Positions 38,524 through 48,669 of a stretch of 64,000 nt of DNA are shown here, in pieces. How positions within the stretch are numbered: the stretch's first letter is position 1; each line of letters begins with the position of its first letter. The translations under genes were made by a program, and so were the position numbers. Below the pieces are notes generated by a model. The model saw nothing but the letters and a program-made list of their open reading frames with translations, had not been told where the DNA came from and searched no databases. The DNA comes from a virus: IMG/VR virus record IMGVR_UViG_3300027730_001702, positions 2,269 through 66,268 of that record, one strand, 5' to 3'.

Positions 38524-39404
38524 AATTAGCATTTGGCATGATAGTTTTTGAAAGTGATTACGTTCTAAAAGAATGTTTAGAGCAAGTTTATCCATTTGCT
38601 GAACAAATTTTAATTGCAGAAGGACCAGTTTCATATTGGCAAAGGATGGGCAAAACAACTTCACAAGATGAAACTAATCATATTTTAAATACATTTCCAG
38701 ATCCAGATAAAAAAATTACAATAACTCATGGTCAATACTCAGAAAAAGACGAACAATGTCAAGCTTATATGAAGAATTTAAGACCAGATATAGATTATCT
38801 TTTTAACTTAGATTCAGATGAAGTTTATAAAACCGAGGATCTTAAAAAAATAATTAAAATTTTAGAAGAATATAAACCTGCTAGAATGGCAGTTAGAAGT
38901 TGTTCTTTTTATGGCGGATTTGATCATTATCTAAATGGATTCGAATTGGGTAAAGATAATTTTTTAAGAATATTTAGAGTAACTCCAGGTTGCTCATGGG
39001 AAAAACATAGACCACCAACAATAAGATATCCAGATGATGCTAATATAAATTGGATGCATATAGATTCAGAAACGTTATGGAATAATTTTGGCATTCAAAT
39101 GTATCATTATTCTTATGTATTCCCAAAGCAAGTTTTTAATAAAGTAGGTTATTATAAAAGTGATATTAGTAAAGAAAATTGTATAGATGATTATTTTAAT
39201 CAAGTATATTTACCTTGGGTTACTGGCGATGAAAATCAAAGAAAAAATATTGAAGAAAAATACGAAGGAGTACATGAATTTAAACCGAATGTAAGAGGTT
39301 TTTGTGGGACTTCTAAATTCGAAGGAACTCATCCAGAAGCAATTTTAAAAAATTTAGAAAATTTAAAATTAAAATTTAACAAACAATTAAAAGAATATGT
39401 TTAG
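38520..39404 (+). CDS. GT2-like glycosyltransferase
   Basis: IAEG, S.D.T, LDSDEVY, HYSY. Confidence 0.7.
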   Translation: MKLAFGMIVFESDYVLKECLEQVYPFAEQILIAEGPVSYWQRMGKTTSQDETNHILNTFPDPDKKITITHGQYSEKDEQCQAYMKNLRPDIDYLFNLDSDEVYKTEDLKKIIKILEEYKPARMAVRSCSFYGGFDHYLNGFELGKDNFLRIFRVTPGCSWEKHRPPTIRYPDDANINWMHIDSETLWNNFGIQMYHYSYVFPKQVFNKVGYYKSDISKENCIDDYFNQVYLPWVTGDENQRKNIEEKYEGVHEFKPNVRGFCGTSKFEGTHPEAILKNLENLKLKFNKQLKEYV

Positions 39405-39867
39405 TACAAATCAAGAATCTTCCTTTTTCTTAAATCATATAAATAAAACTCATAAGGTTCTAGAGTATGGATCTGGAGAGTCAACATTTGAAATAGCTCA
39501 AAGATGCAAAGAAATTTTATCTATAGAACATCAAGAGAATTGGTTTTTTAAAATTAAAAATGATCTACCATCTAATGCTAAAATCGTATTAAGAACACCT
39601 AATTTACCATATACTGAAGGAGGAGATTGTGGAACATATCAAGAATTTAAAGATTATATAGACTATCCAATTCCATATGGACCATACGATATAATTTTGA
39701 TAGATGGAAGAGCCAGAATATTCTGCGCTTCAATATGTTCAAAAATTGGCAGACAAGATACTATAGTATTTATACATGATTTTAATAGAGAAGAATATAA
39801 ACCAGCTTTAAATTTTTTAAATTTAATAGATCAAGTTGGTACGATGGCTAAATTTTCGATAAAATGA
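39397..39867 (+). CDS. class I SAM-dependent methyltransferase
   Basis: VLEYGSGEST, ILIDGRAR, IHDF. Confidence 0.8.
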   Translation: MFSTNQESSFFLNHINKTHKVLEYGSGESTFEIAQRCKEILSIEHQENWFFKIKNDLPSNAKIVLRTPNLPYTEGGDCGTYQEFKDYIDYPIPYGPYDIILIDGRARIFCASICSKIGRQDTIVFIHDFNREEYKPALNFLNLIDQVGTMAKFSIK

Positions 39868-40093
39868 TTTCTGTAAATTACGCTGGAAGACTAGGAAATA
39901 ATATTTTCCAATGACTGGATTCTGGCATCCAAAAGGTGAAAGAAAAGATGTGAATCTTTTAATAAATGAAGATAGATATATATATTGCGATTTAGGAGTA
40001 AAGGACGATTGGATTAGCTCAAAAGAACAAATAGACTCTTTATTAATTAAAAATAAAAACTTTGAATATTATACATATGATCAAATTATTTAA
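39864..40093 (+). pseudogene. internally deleted GT11-like gene remnant
   Basis: MISVNYAGRLGNNIFQ* (39864..39914), a GT11 N-terminal motif, then an out-of-frame 60-aa fragment. Confidence 0.6.
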
Positions 40094-41000
40094 TTTAAAT
40101 AACTATAAAATAGATTTTTCTAAATTTAAAAATCATCTACATGATAAAAATGTCGTAGAATTAGAAAATTCTATCGCCAAATATGTAGGTGCAAAATATG
40201 CATGTTCGATAAATAGTGCCACAAATGCTATATTCTTATTATTTTTAAATAAAAAAATACAAGTAAAAGTTCCAAGTATGATACCTCCAGTAGTATTAAA
40301 TGCATTAATAACATCTGGAAATTCTATAAAATTTACTGATAATACAGAATGGATAGGAAATTCCTATATACTACACGAATTTAAAGACTATAAAATAATT
40401 GATTCCGCACAAAAAGTAGAAAAAAATCAATTCAAAAATGAAGCAAATCCTAATGATGTAATGTTTTTTAGTTTTTATCCAACTAAACCAATAGGAGGAA
40501 TTGATGGAGGCATGATTGTTTCTGACGATTATGATAAAATTCGCTGGCTAAAAGAAGCTGTAATGAATGGGATGTCTTATGCAGAAAATAATTGGGAAAG
40601 ACAAGTTAAATTTCCAGGATATAAAATGTATATGAATTCAATACAAGCAGAAATTGTGCTCAGAAATTTTGATAAATTTGATTTAACAAAAAGTAAATTA
40701 AAAAATATTAGAGATTTTTACAATAAAAAATTTAATTTGAATAATACAAGCGATCATCTTTATAGAATAGAAGTAAATAATAATAAAAATTTCATAGAAG
40801 CGATGAAAAAAAATGAAATCACTTGTGGACTTCATTATGAAGCTCAAAATTTAAATCCAATATATTCAAAAAATGATCAAAAATGCCCTAATTCAGAAAG
40901 AATCTCTAAAAAAACAGTAAGCATACCCTTTCATTATAAGTTGACAAAAACTAATTTAAATTATATAATTAAAAAGGTCAATGAATATAGAGATTTATAA
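40062..41000 (+). CDS. DegT/DnrJ/EryC1/StrS sugar aminotransferase (FdtB-like)
   Basis: NSATNA, IDSAQ, SFYPTKPIGGIDGG, SIPFH. Confidence 0.88.
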   Translation: MNIIHMIKLFNLNNYKIDFSKFKNHLHDKNVVELENSIAKYVGAKYACSINSATNAIFLLFLNKKIQVKVPSMIPPVVLNALITSGNSIKFTDNTEWIGNSYILHEFKDYKIIDSAQKVEKNQFKNEANPNDVMFFSFYPTKPIGGIDGGMIVSDDYDKIRWLKEAVMNGMSYAENNWERQVKFPGYKMYMNSIQAEIVLRNFDKFDLTKSKLKNIRDFYNKKFNLNNTSDHLYRIEVNNNKNFIEAMKKNEITCGLHYEAQNLNPIYSKNDQKCPNSERISKKTVSIPFHYKLTKTNLNYIIKKVNEYRDL

Positions 41001-41367
41001 TACTTTTACAGACGAAAGAGGAGGGTATCTGCTGCCTATTGACTTTAAAAGATTACCGTTTAGCCCCAAGAGAGTTTTTATAGTAAGAGACGTACCAAAA
41101 AATACAGTTAGAGGAAATCATGCGCATTTCAAAACTCAACAATTTTTAATATGTGTTAAAGGTAAAATACAAGTAAATCTAGATTATGGAAATAAAAAAG
41201 AAAAAACCTTAATTAAACAAGGAGAATTTGTTCATATACCACAAATGGTATGGGATTCACAAAAATTTTTAACTGGCAGCGATATAATGATTTCTATTTG
41301 CTCAACAATATATGATGAAAAAGATTATATTTTAAATAAAAAAGAATTTTTAAATTTAATTAAATGA
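40981..41367 (+). CDS. FdtA/QdtA-like dTDP-sugar 3,4-ketoisomerase
   Basis: DERGG, PFSPKRVF, RGNHAH, YDEKDYI. Confidence 0.85.
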   Translation: MNIEIYNTFTDERGGYLLPIDFKRLPFSPKRVFIVRDVPKNTVRGNHAHFKTQQFLICVKGKIQVNLDYGNKKEKTLIKQGEFVHIPQMVWDSQKFLTGSDIMISICSTIYDEKDYILNKKEFLNLIK

Positions 41368-42338
41368 ATATAATAGTGACAGGTGGCCTTGGTTTTATTG
41401 GCTCTAATTTTATTAAGTATATAATTAATAAAAAAGAAGTCCATTCCATCATAAACATAGATACAAAAAGTAAATATCATGGAGCAGCAAACTTAAATAA
41501 TACAAAATCTTTTCAAAATAATATAAAATATAAATTTGAGGATTTTTGGTTGGAGATGTTAAATAACTCTATAGAAATTAAAAAATTTAAAAACATATTA
41601 AAAGAAAATAATATAACCCACATAGTCCATTTTGCCGCAGAATCTCATGTAGATAATTCAATATCTGACCCAAGGCGATTCATTCAATCAAATATATTCG
41701 GGACATTCAACCTATTAGAGATTATTAGAGATTTTCCAGAGATTAGATTTCATCATATTTCTACTGATGAAGTTTATGGCAGTTTAGGTGAAGAAGGTAA
41801 ATTCACAGAAAAAACGCCATATGCACCAAATTCTCCATACTCTGCATCAAAAGCTTCGAGCGATATGCTAGTTAGAGCTTATCATCATACTTTTAAAATT
41901 TTAATCACAATTTCTAATTGCTCAAACAACTATGGACCAAATCAACATAATGAAAAATTCATACCAGTTGTTATCAATTCTATATTAAATAATAAAAAAA
42001 TACCTGTTTATGGGAATGGAAAAAATATAAGAGATTGGATATTTGTTGATGATCATTGTGAAGCAGTATGGTCTATACTAAATAATGGTAAAATTGGCGA
42101 AACATATAATATAGGTGGAGATTGCGAAAAAACAAATCTAGAGATTATTAATGATATTTGTGAAGTATTAAATGTTAATCCTCAAGATCATATGTCTTTT
42201 GTAGAAGATCGTAAAGGACATGATTTTAGATATGCAATAGATAATAACAAAATAAACAAAGAATTAAATTGGTATCCAATCACATCTTTTAAACACGGAC
42301 TAAAACAAACAATTGATTTTTATAAAAATTTGTTATAA
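41364..42338 (+). CDS. rmlB: dTDP-glucose 4,6-dehydratase
   Basis: TGGLGFIGSNF, HFAAESHVDNSI, STDEVYG, YSASK, DRKGHDFRY. Confidence 0.95.
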   Translation: MNIIVTGGLGFIGSNFIKYIINKKEVHSIINIDTKSKYHGAANLNNTKSFQNNIKYKFEDFWLEMLNNSIEIKKFKNILKENNITHIVHFAAESHVDNSISDPRRFIQSNIFGTFNLLEIIRDFPEIRFHHISTDEVYGSLGEEGKFTEKTPYAPNSPYSASKASSDMLVRAYHHTFKILITISNCSNNYGPNQHNEKFIPVVINSILNNKKIPVYGNGKNIRDWIFVDDHCEAVWSILNNGKIGETYNIGGDCEKTNLEIINDICEVLNVNPQDHMSFVEDRKGHDFRYAIDNNKINKELNWYPITSFKHGLKQTIDFYKNLL

Positions 42339-42347
42339 TATAACAAT

Positions 42348-44531
42348 ATGAGTTTGAATTTTCAAGAAACCTATTATGGTAAAAAGATAGACACTTCTAA
42401 TATCCTCAATATTGAAGATGCTAGTAGAATAATTAATGGAAGAAAAACAGTAGTAATAACTGGCGTAACTGGTCAGGATGGAAGTCATATGGTTGATTTT
42501 TTACTTAAAAATACAGATTATCTTATTTTTGGTGGAGTAAGAAGATTAAGCGTATATAATCATGAAAATATTAAGCATATCAAGTCTGATAGATTTCATC
42601 TTATTAATTTTGATTTAACCGATTCTCATGCTATATCAAGAACTGTAGAAAAATTGCAACCAGATTATTTTATTAACTTTGCTGCTCAAAGTTTTGTTGC
42701 GAGCAGCTGGGATTTTGCTCGTCAAACTTGGCAAACTAATTCTACCGCTGTGCTTGATATTTTAGAAGCAATAAGGCTTTACAAGCCATCTTGTAGACTT
42801 TATCAAGCTGGTTCAAGCGAAGAATTTGGAAATGTACAATATACTCCTCAAGACGAGAATCATCCATTAAAGCCAAGGAGTCCATATGGAGCGAGCAAAG
42901 CTGCTTCTAGACAATTAGTTAAGGTATACAGAGAGTCTTATGGATTATATGCCGTACAAGGGTATCTTTTTAATCACGAGTGTTTGACTGAAAAAACCCC
43001 AATTATTATAAAATATAAAGATTCTGGATTGATAAATATTCTACCAATTAGCGAGATTGTTCCTCATAGAAGAAACCATTTAAAAGGTAAAAAATATATC
43101 TCCACGGATAATTGTAATTATTTAATATGGGATGGCGGAACGTGGAGCGAAATTTTAACAAGAACGGCCACATGGAATGATGAAAATAATGATAAAGATA
43201 TACATAGAATAATGTGTCGCGCTGGATTTTACGAAGCAACGGCAGATCATATATCTTTTATAAAAGGCGGAATGCAAATTAAAACCAAAGATTTATCTGT
43301 CAATAATGAACTAGAACTTAAACCACTACCAGAAAAAAATAACATATCTATTGTTTTAGATGAAGAGGCTGAACTTTTAGGATTAATGACTGCGGAGGGA
43401 TACATTAGCGAAGATGGTCGTGGCAAATTTACTAATAAAGATAATGATTTATGCGAAAGAGTAAAGTTTTTGTGGAGCAAACTATCCTCTGGATATACAT
43501 CTGAATATTACAGCCAAAGCGGATTCACGAATAGAAAAGATATAAAAAATATAAATTTATGCGGAGATTCAAATTATTTAAAACTATTAAGAAAAAATCT
43601 TTATACTGAAACGGGCGATAAAAGAATTCCAATTAAAATTTTAAATTCAAACCTAAAAACAATTCAAATTTATTTAAAAGCATATAACGATGGAGATGGA
43701 TTAAAAGCTAGTAATCAAAAAACTGAATTCCAAGGTTTTACGACCTCATCCTATACGCTTGCTTCTGGCTTATGCTATTTATTGAGTTTACTAAAATTTA
43801 GATTTACATTATGTCCAGAAGAAAGAGGAGATAGGCTTTATTTTAAAATTAATATAAATTCAAATAATAAAAATATATCTAATAAAGGAAAACATTTAAT
43901 AAAAAGTCAAAATGAAGTAACTAAAATATCAAAATTACAATATTCTGGATGGTTATTTGATCTTGAAACAAAGTCGGGAACATTTTCTGCTGGAATTGGA
44001 TTTTCTTGGGTCCACAATAGTCCAAGAAGAGGCGAGGAATTCGTAACTCGCAAAATCACTAAAAATGTAGCAAGAATTTACCATGCAATTAAAAATAATG
44101 AACCCTTTAGTCCATTAGAATTAGGCAATATTGAAGCGAAAAGAGATTGGAGTTATGCTGAGGATTTTATAGAAGGTGTTTGGATGATGTTAAATCAAGA
44201 TAAATATAATAGTAATTACGATGGAAATGCGAAAGAATATGTTTTTTCATCGAATGAGACGCATACAATTAAAGAGTTTGCAGAAAAAGCTTTTGCTTAT
44301 GCTGGAATTAATGGCGAATGGATTGGAGAAAAAGAACATGAAGTATATGTCTCTGAGGATAAAAAGGTATTAATTCAAATTAATCCTAAATTTTATAGAC
44401 CAGCAGAAGTGGAGCTTCTTCTTGGTAATTCGGATAAAGCTAGAAAAGAGCTAAACTGGCAACCAAAAATTTCATTTGACAAATTAATAGAAAAGATGGT
44501 AAACTGGGATATTGAAAATCTCAAATCATAA
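42348..44531 (+). CDS. gmd: GDP-mannose 4,6-dehydratase containing an intein
   Basis: ITGVTGQDG, AAQSFV, QAGSSE, RSPYGASK, FNHE|intein|SPRRG, RPAEV. Confidence 0.95.
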   Translation: MSLNFQETYYGKKIDTSNILNIEDASRIINGRKTVVITGVTGQDGSHMVDFLLKNTDYLIFGGVRRLSVYNHENIKHIKSDRFHLINFDLTDSHAISRTVEKLQPDYFINFAAQSFVASSWDFARQTWQTNSTAVLDILEAIRLYKPSCRLYQAGSSEEFGNVQYTPQDENHPLKPRSPYGASKAASRQLVKVYRESYGLYAVQGYLFNHECLTEKTPIIIKYKDSGLINILPISEIVPHRRNHLKGKKYISTDNCNYLIWDGGTWSEILTRTATWNDENNDKDIHRIMCRAGFYEATADHISFIKGGMQIKTKDLSVNNELELKPLPEKNNISIVLDEEAELLGLMTAEGYISEDGRGKFTNKDNDLCERVKFLWSKLSSGYTSEYYSQSGFTNRKDIKNINLCGDSNYLKLLRKNLYTETGDKRIPIKILNSNLKTIQIYLKAYNDGDGLKASNQKTEFQGFTTSSYTLASGLCYLLSLLKFRFTLCPEERGDRLYFKININSNNKNISNKGKHLIKSQNEVTKISKLQYSGWLFDLETKSGTFSAGIGFSWVHNSPRRGEEFVTRKITKNVARIYHAIKNNEPFSPLELGNIEAKRDWSYAEDFIEGVWMMLNQDKYNSNYDGNAKEYVFSSNETHTIKEFAEKAFAYAGINGEWIGEKEHEVYVSEDKKVLIQINPKFYRPAEVELLLGNSDKARKELNWQPKISFDKLIEKMVNWDIENLKS
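42981..44018 (+). mobile_element. intein with LAGLIDADG homing endonuclease (346 aa)
   Basis: Begins CLTEKTPI, block B ATADH, LLGLMTAEG and YLKAYNDGDG, FDLET, ends VHN with Ser+1. Confidence 0.93.
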
Positions 44532-44856
44532 ACTTTGTCAATTAATCGTTAAGAAATTTATTAAAGGAAATATTAATTGGCCAAGAGAGATTAAAATCGC
44601 TCAAAGATTAGTTAAAAGGTTTAATTCTTTTGATTTTTGGGATAATCTTAAAGAATTAGGAAGTCCACCACCTTCATTAGCTTGGTTTCTTAAGCCAGAG
44701 GGAAAAGCTTTTATTTTAAAAGAATATGAAAGTTTTAATTTAAATTTAAATACAGAAACAGTAAAACTAGAAGAAAATAAAGTCCAAGATGATAAAAAGA
44801 TTTGCAAAAAGCCCAAAAGTTTGATAGAATTTATAAGATATGGCAAAAAAATCTAA
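44512..44856 (+). CDS. hypothetical protein
   Basis: ORF track; overlaps the recA start. Confidence 0.6.
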   Translation: MKISNHKLCQLIVKKFIKGNINWPREIKIAQRLVKRFNSFDFWDNLKELGSPPPSLAWFLKPEGKAFILKEYESFNLNLNTETVKLEENKVQDDKKICKKPKSLIEFIRYGKKI

Positions 44857-45982
44857 AGAAGAAATTATTGAATCATCTGGTCCAAGTGCATCAGATAGAC
44901 TATTATCATTTTTAAAAGAAAATAAAGAAGATCATTATAACTTTGAGGATGAAGTATATTACAAAGTATCTACTGGTAGTTTAAACCTGGATATCGCCAC
45001 AAGCGGTGGTTTATGTCCAGGTTTGCATAGATTTATTGGTATGAATGAAGGTGGTAAAACTTCAGAAGCACTAGAAGTTACAAAGAACTTTCTTAAAACT
45101 GTAGATAATTCTAGAGCTTTACTCTTTAAAGCAGAAGGAAGATTAAGCAAAGAGATTAAAGATCGTTCTGGTATTAAGTTTGTGACTGACGCTAAAGAAT
45201 GGGTTGATGGAACTTGCTTCGTATTTGAATGCAATATTTTTGAAACCGTTTCAGAATTAATGAAAGATCTTATTCAATCAAATGATGAGAATAAGAGATA
45301 TATCTTTATTCTTGATTCAGTTGACGGCTTGATGACAAAAGGCGATTCTCAAAAGAGTATGACCGAAGCAACAAAGGTTGCAGGTGGAGCAGTTATCTCT
45401 TCAATGTTGATGAAGAAGATTTCTCTTGCACTTTCTAAACGTGGCCACATGGCAATCTTTATTAGTCAAGTTCGATCTGACATCAAGCTCGATCCTTACG
45501 CAGCAAATAAGGATATTCGTCAAACTACTGCAACTGGTGGAAATGCGCTATTGCATTTCGCTAATTGGATTCTTGAATTCGAACCCAAATTCAATAAAGA
45601 TATGATTTTCGAAAAACCAAATGAAAAATACGACCCAATTAAAAACAAAATAATTGGTCATAATGTTAAAATTACTATTAAAAAATCCACAAACGAAACA
45701 ACGAATTCCAAGGTTCAATATCCAATAAAATATGGCCGTAAAGATGGTTCTTCTGTTTGGAGAGAATATGAGATTATTGATCAAATCCTAAGTTGGGAAT
45801 TTGCGACCGCAAAAGGAGCATGGGTTACTTTTTCTGATGAAATTATTGAAGAACTTAAAAAGGTAAATCTAGAGCTTAAGAAGCAACATCAAGGAATAGA
45901 CAATTTGAGATCCTATCTTGAAGAAAATAAACCAATCGTAGATTATTTTTACACCAAATTTATTAATACTCTAGCGTCATGA
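44840..45982 (+). CDS. recA: RecA/UvsX-like recombinase
   Basis: STGSLNLDIA.SGG, GMNEGGKT, ILDSVDG, FISQVR, GGNAL.H, GAW. Confidence 0.88.
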   Translation: MAKKSKEEIIESSGPSASDRLLSFLKENKEDHYNFEDEVYYKVSTGSLNLDIATSGGLCPGLHRFIGMNEGGKTSEALEVTKNFLKTVDNSRALLFKAEGRLSKEIKDRSGIKFVTDAKEWVDGTCFVFECNIFETVSELMKDLIQSNDENKRYIFILDSVDGLMTKGDSQKSMTEATKVAGGAVISSMLMKKISLALSKRGHMAIFISQVRSDIKLDPYAANKDIRQTTATGGNALLHFANWILEFEPKFNKDMIFEKPNEKYDPIKNKIIGHNVKITIKKSTNETTNSKVQYPIKYGRKDGSSVWREYEIIDQILSWEFATAKGAWVTFSDEIIEELKKVNLELKKQHQGIDNLRSYLEENKPIVDYFYTKFINTLAS

Positions 45983-46398
45983 GATTATTAAATATTAACG
46001 GTAAACTCGTTAATAAAAACGTAAGAAAGAATCTCATAGATTGGGAGGCTAAAAGCCGCAGTAAACTTCAATTTAAATTCAAACAATTCTTTTATCCCTA
46101 TTGGAAAAATCATATTGTATATGAAGAGTTTCCAGTATATGGAAGCATGCTTAAAGTCGATATATTAAATGCAACAAAAAGAATAGCAGTTGAGATACAA
46201 GGTAATCAACATGAATCCTTCAATGAATTTTTTCATGATCATTCTAGACTCAAATATCTTCAGAGCATAAAAAGAGACGTTAAAAAAGAAAAATGGCTGG
46301 AGCTTAATGAATTTAAATTTCTTGAATTATACGAAAGTGATTTAAAAAATTTATCGCCACAGTATATAGAAGAAAAAACTGGAATATTAATCATTTAA
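45979..46398 (+). CDS. Vsr/DUF559-like endonuclease
   Basis: EEFPV, VDI, AVEIQGNQH, RD..K. Confidence 0.75.
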   Translation: MRLLNINGKLVNKNVRKNLIDWEAKSRSKLQFKFKQFFYPYWKNHIVYEEFPVYGSMLKVDILNATKRIAVEIQGNQHESFNEFFHDHSRLKYLQSIKRDVKKEKWLELNEFKFLELYESDLKNLSPQYIEEKTGILII

Positions 46399-46413
46399 GT
46401 GTAAAACTTGCTA

Positions 46414-46689
46414 GTGGCAAGTAAAAATAAAACTTTTAAAATACCAGACTCTTTGCTCAAGCAAATTGATGAATGTAGCTTCGGCGGATATATTCTTTTT
46501 AATTTCTCAAGTAAAGGCGAACCCCAAGTATATACAAAATTCGATAATCAAATAAACGCTATGGCTCTTTTGTATTATGTAAATACTTGGAGTCAAAGCG
46601 TAGATCAACTAAATTTAGAAGCCACAACAGATCAAATAGCAAGAACCAATCAAGATGATAAAGATTTTGGTGAAGAAGATAAAGATTAA
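46414..46689 (+). CDS. hypothetical protein (GTG start after GTGTAA)
   Basis: ORF track 46408..46689; in-frame GTG 9 nt after the motif. Confidence 0.65.
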   Translation: MASKNKTFKIPDSLLKQIDECSFGGYILFNFSSKGEPQVYTKFDNQINAMALLYYVNTWSQSVDQLNLEATTDQIARTNQDDKDFGEEDKD

Positions 46690-47141
46690 ATAAATTTATA
46701 ATTATCTAAATCGTAAGTTTTATTTAAGATGATTAGTTTCCAACCTTTATTTATTAAACTTTTCTCAACGCTTAAATTCCTACCAATATCATTTGTATTT
46801 AAAAATTTACATATTTTATTTTTAGTTAAACTTAAAAATTCTTCTTGATATTTTTCATATGGTGGCATAATTTTAAACTCTCCATCATAACGAAAAAGAT
46901 TAGCTGAATATTTAGAGCTATAAAATGGTGTTGACCCAGCTCTAAAATCTAATTTTATATTTGGAAATTTATTTAAAACTTCTCTTGTTATGGTGGCCTC
47001 TTTATCTTTTGCGCATATGACATCAACATCATTCCATCCACGGTCCATTGGTTCTCCATTTCCAATCCATTCTCTCACATAACTACCAGTTAATTTTCCT
47101 TCATTTTGAAGAATATATTCAATAAACAAAGAATGATTCAT
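46686..47141 (-). CDS. small pol-beta-type nucleotidyltransferase-like protein
   Basis: LTGSYVRE...WNDVDV (GS + DxD). Confidence 0.6.
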   Translation of the reverse strand: MNHSLFIEYILQNEGKLTGSYVREWIGNGEPMDRGWNDVDVICAKDKEATITREVLNKFPNIKLDFRAGSTPFYSSKYSANLFRYDGEFKIMPPYEKYQEEFLSLTKNKICKFLNTNDIGRNLSVEKSLINKGWKLIILNKTYDLDNYKFI

Positions 47142-47151
47142 GTTATATTTT

Positions 47152-47982
47152 TTAAGTTATGACTAAAGCGCTTCTAGTTCCAGGAACATCAGTAACACAG
47201 CCGCCAGTTGAATCAAATCTTTTATACATAGGTATAGAAACTGTAGTTTTATCTATTTTTATTGACATATTATCTTGACCAACTAATTCAGTATTAACAC
47301 AAGTTTGTTCATAAGACGAAAAAGTAGTATTATAAGTTCCATAAAGCATTAAAAATGATGGATAAAAATAGTAATCATTTCCTTCTTTTATATAATATTG
47401 ATAAACTGGAACTTCAGGAGGATTAACACCGCAAATATCTTGATACATATTAAAGAAAAAACCAGCTAAAAAAAGATCGTAGAAACTTACGTCCGTAAGG
47501 CAAACTGACGGACTACTGCCTGACGCATATTTATACGTGAGTTTAAGATTATAAATTAATGATCTTTGCTTTTTACAAACAAGCTCTTTGTCTTGCTTGA
47601 CATACCTTTCATATTTATTCTTTTTATAATCATGAATTGCTAATGGAGAGCAGCTACCGCAGCTTCCAACTTCTATGTGGTTCAATGTCTGGGTAAAATC
47701 TTTACTTTGCCAATATAGCCACATAGCATCTTTTAATGATAATTTTATAGGATTAAGAGTTCCACCTCCCACTAAAGAAGTATCTTCTGTAAATTCCCAA
47801 CAAAATGGAAATGCTCCAACTTTACCATCTGAATCTGTAATAGGGCATCCTTCATCTGTAGTTGGAGTTTTTAAAGAGCAAGCGCAATCTTTTAATTCAT
47901 CGTCGCTTCCAGCATCTATCTCTTTAAGAATACTCTTAAGGTAATCTGGATAATTATTTGGCTCTGTTAGGGCGCATGGCAT
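47152..47982 (-). CDS. MPCALTE-family protein copy B, Cys-rich variable C-terminus
   Basis: ORF track; shared N-terminus; GTGTAA 8 nt upstream. Confidence 0.8.
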   Translation of the reverse strand: MPCALTEPNNYPDYLKSILKEIDAGSDDELKDCACSLKTPTTDEGCPITDSDGKVGAFPFCWEFTEDTSLVGGGTLNPIKLSLKDAMWLYWQSKDFTQTLNHIEVGSCGSCSPLAIHDYKKNKYERYVKQDKELVCKKQRSLIYNLKLTYKYASGSSPSVCLTDVSFYDLFLAGFFFNMYQDICGVNPPEVPVYQYYIKEGNDYYFYPSFLMLYGTYNTTFSSYEQTCVNTELVGQDNMSIKIDKTTVSIPMYKRFDSTGGCVTDVPGTRSALVIT

Positions 47983-48000
47983 ACTTTAAATTACACTTGA
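47815..48000. repeat. 186-bp direct repeat, copy 1
   Basis: Identical to 48502..48687 except one base, in the start codon. Confidence 0.9.
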
Positions 48001-48003
48001 TTT

Positions 48004-48669
48004 TTAAAAATTAGCAGTTAATTTGAATGTTGAGCTTCCCATCGTATGTCTTTGTTCATCAAAACCACCATCATAATTTATATTTTTTCCGTTAAAAGTT
48101 CCTTGGTTAGGACCACCAGTAAACCATCGACTTATCGCATAAAGAGGGTCTGGAGTTGGAGTGTCTACTTCCCATGAAAATTGAACAAATACTGCAATGT
48201 CCAAAGAATAAAGGTTTTCCTCTTCATTTTTCTTTCTTGGATTTGGATATACCTCTACATAACCACCAAGCCCAGGAACTCCTCCAATCTTCTGGTAAAC
48301 AGCATTAGGACAAACTTTTTCCTTTCCACTGGTAGATCCAACATAAGGCATTTTAATAGTAAATGATTTAGACTCACCATCATCGTAATTAAAATCAACG
48401 TTTAATGTAAAACTCTTCGTTTTCCAATAGATTTCCATGATTTCTTTTAATGTAAATAATTGGAGGCCATTATCTTCTATAACAAGACATCCTGGAAAAA
48501 GTCCAACTTTACCATCTGAATCTGTAATAGGGCATCCTTCATCTGTAGTTGGAGTTTTTAAAGAGCAAGCGCAATCTTTTAATTCATCGTCGCTTCCAGC
48601 ATCTATCTCTTTAAGAATACTCTTAAGGTAATCTGGATAATTATTTGGCTCTGTTAGGGCGCATGGTAT
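48004..48669 (-). CDS. MPCALTE-family protein copy C, start codon ATA (possibly silent)
   Basis: The 48004..48438 ORF extends in frame 77 codons upstream to ATA-CCA-TGC-GCC. Confidence 0.7.
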   Translation of the reverse strand: MPCALTEPNNYPDYLKSILKEIDAGSDDELKDCACSLKTPTTDEGCPITDSDGKVGLFPGCLVIEDNGLQLFTLKEIMEIYWKTKSFTLNVDFNYDDGESKSFTIKMPYVGSTSGKEKVCPNAVYQKIGGVPGLGGYVEVYPNPRKKNEEENLYSLDIAVFVQFSWEVDTPTPDPLYAISRWFTGGPNQGTFNGKNINYDGGFDEQRHTMGSSTFKLTANF

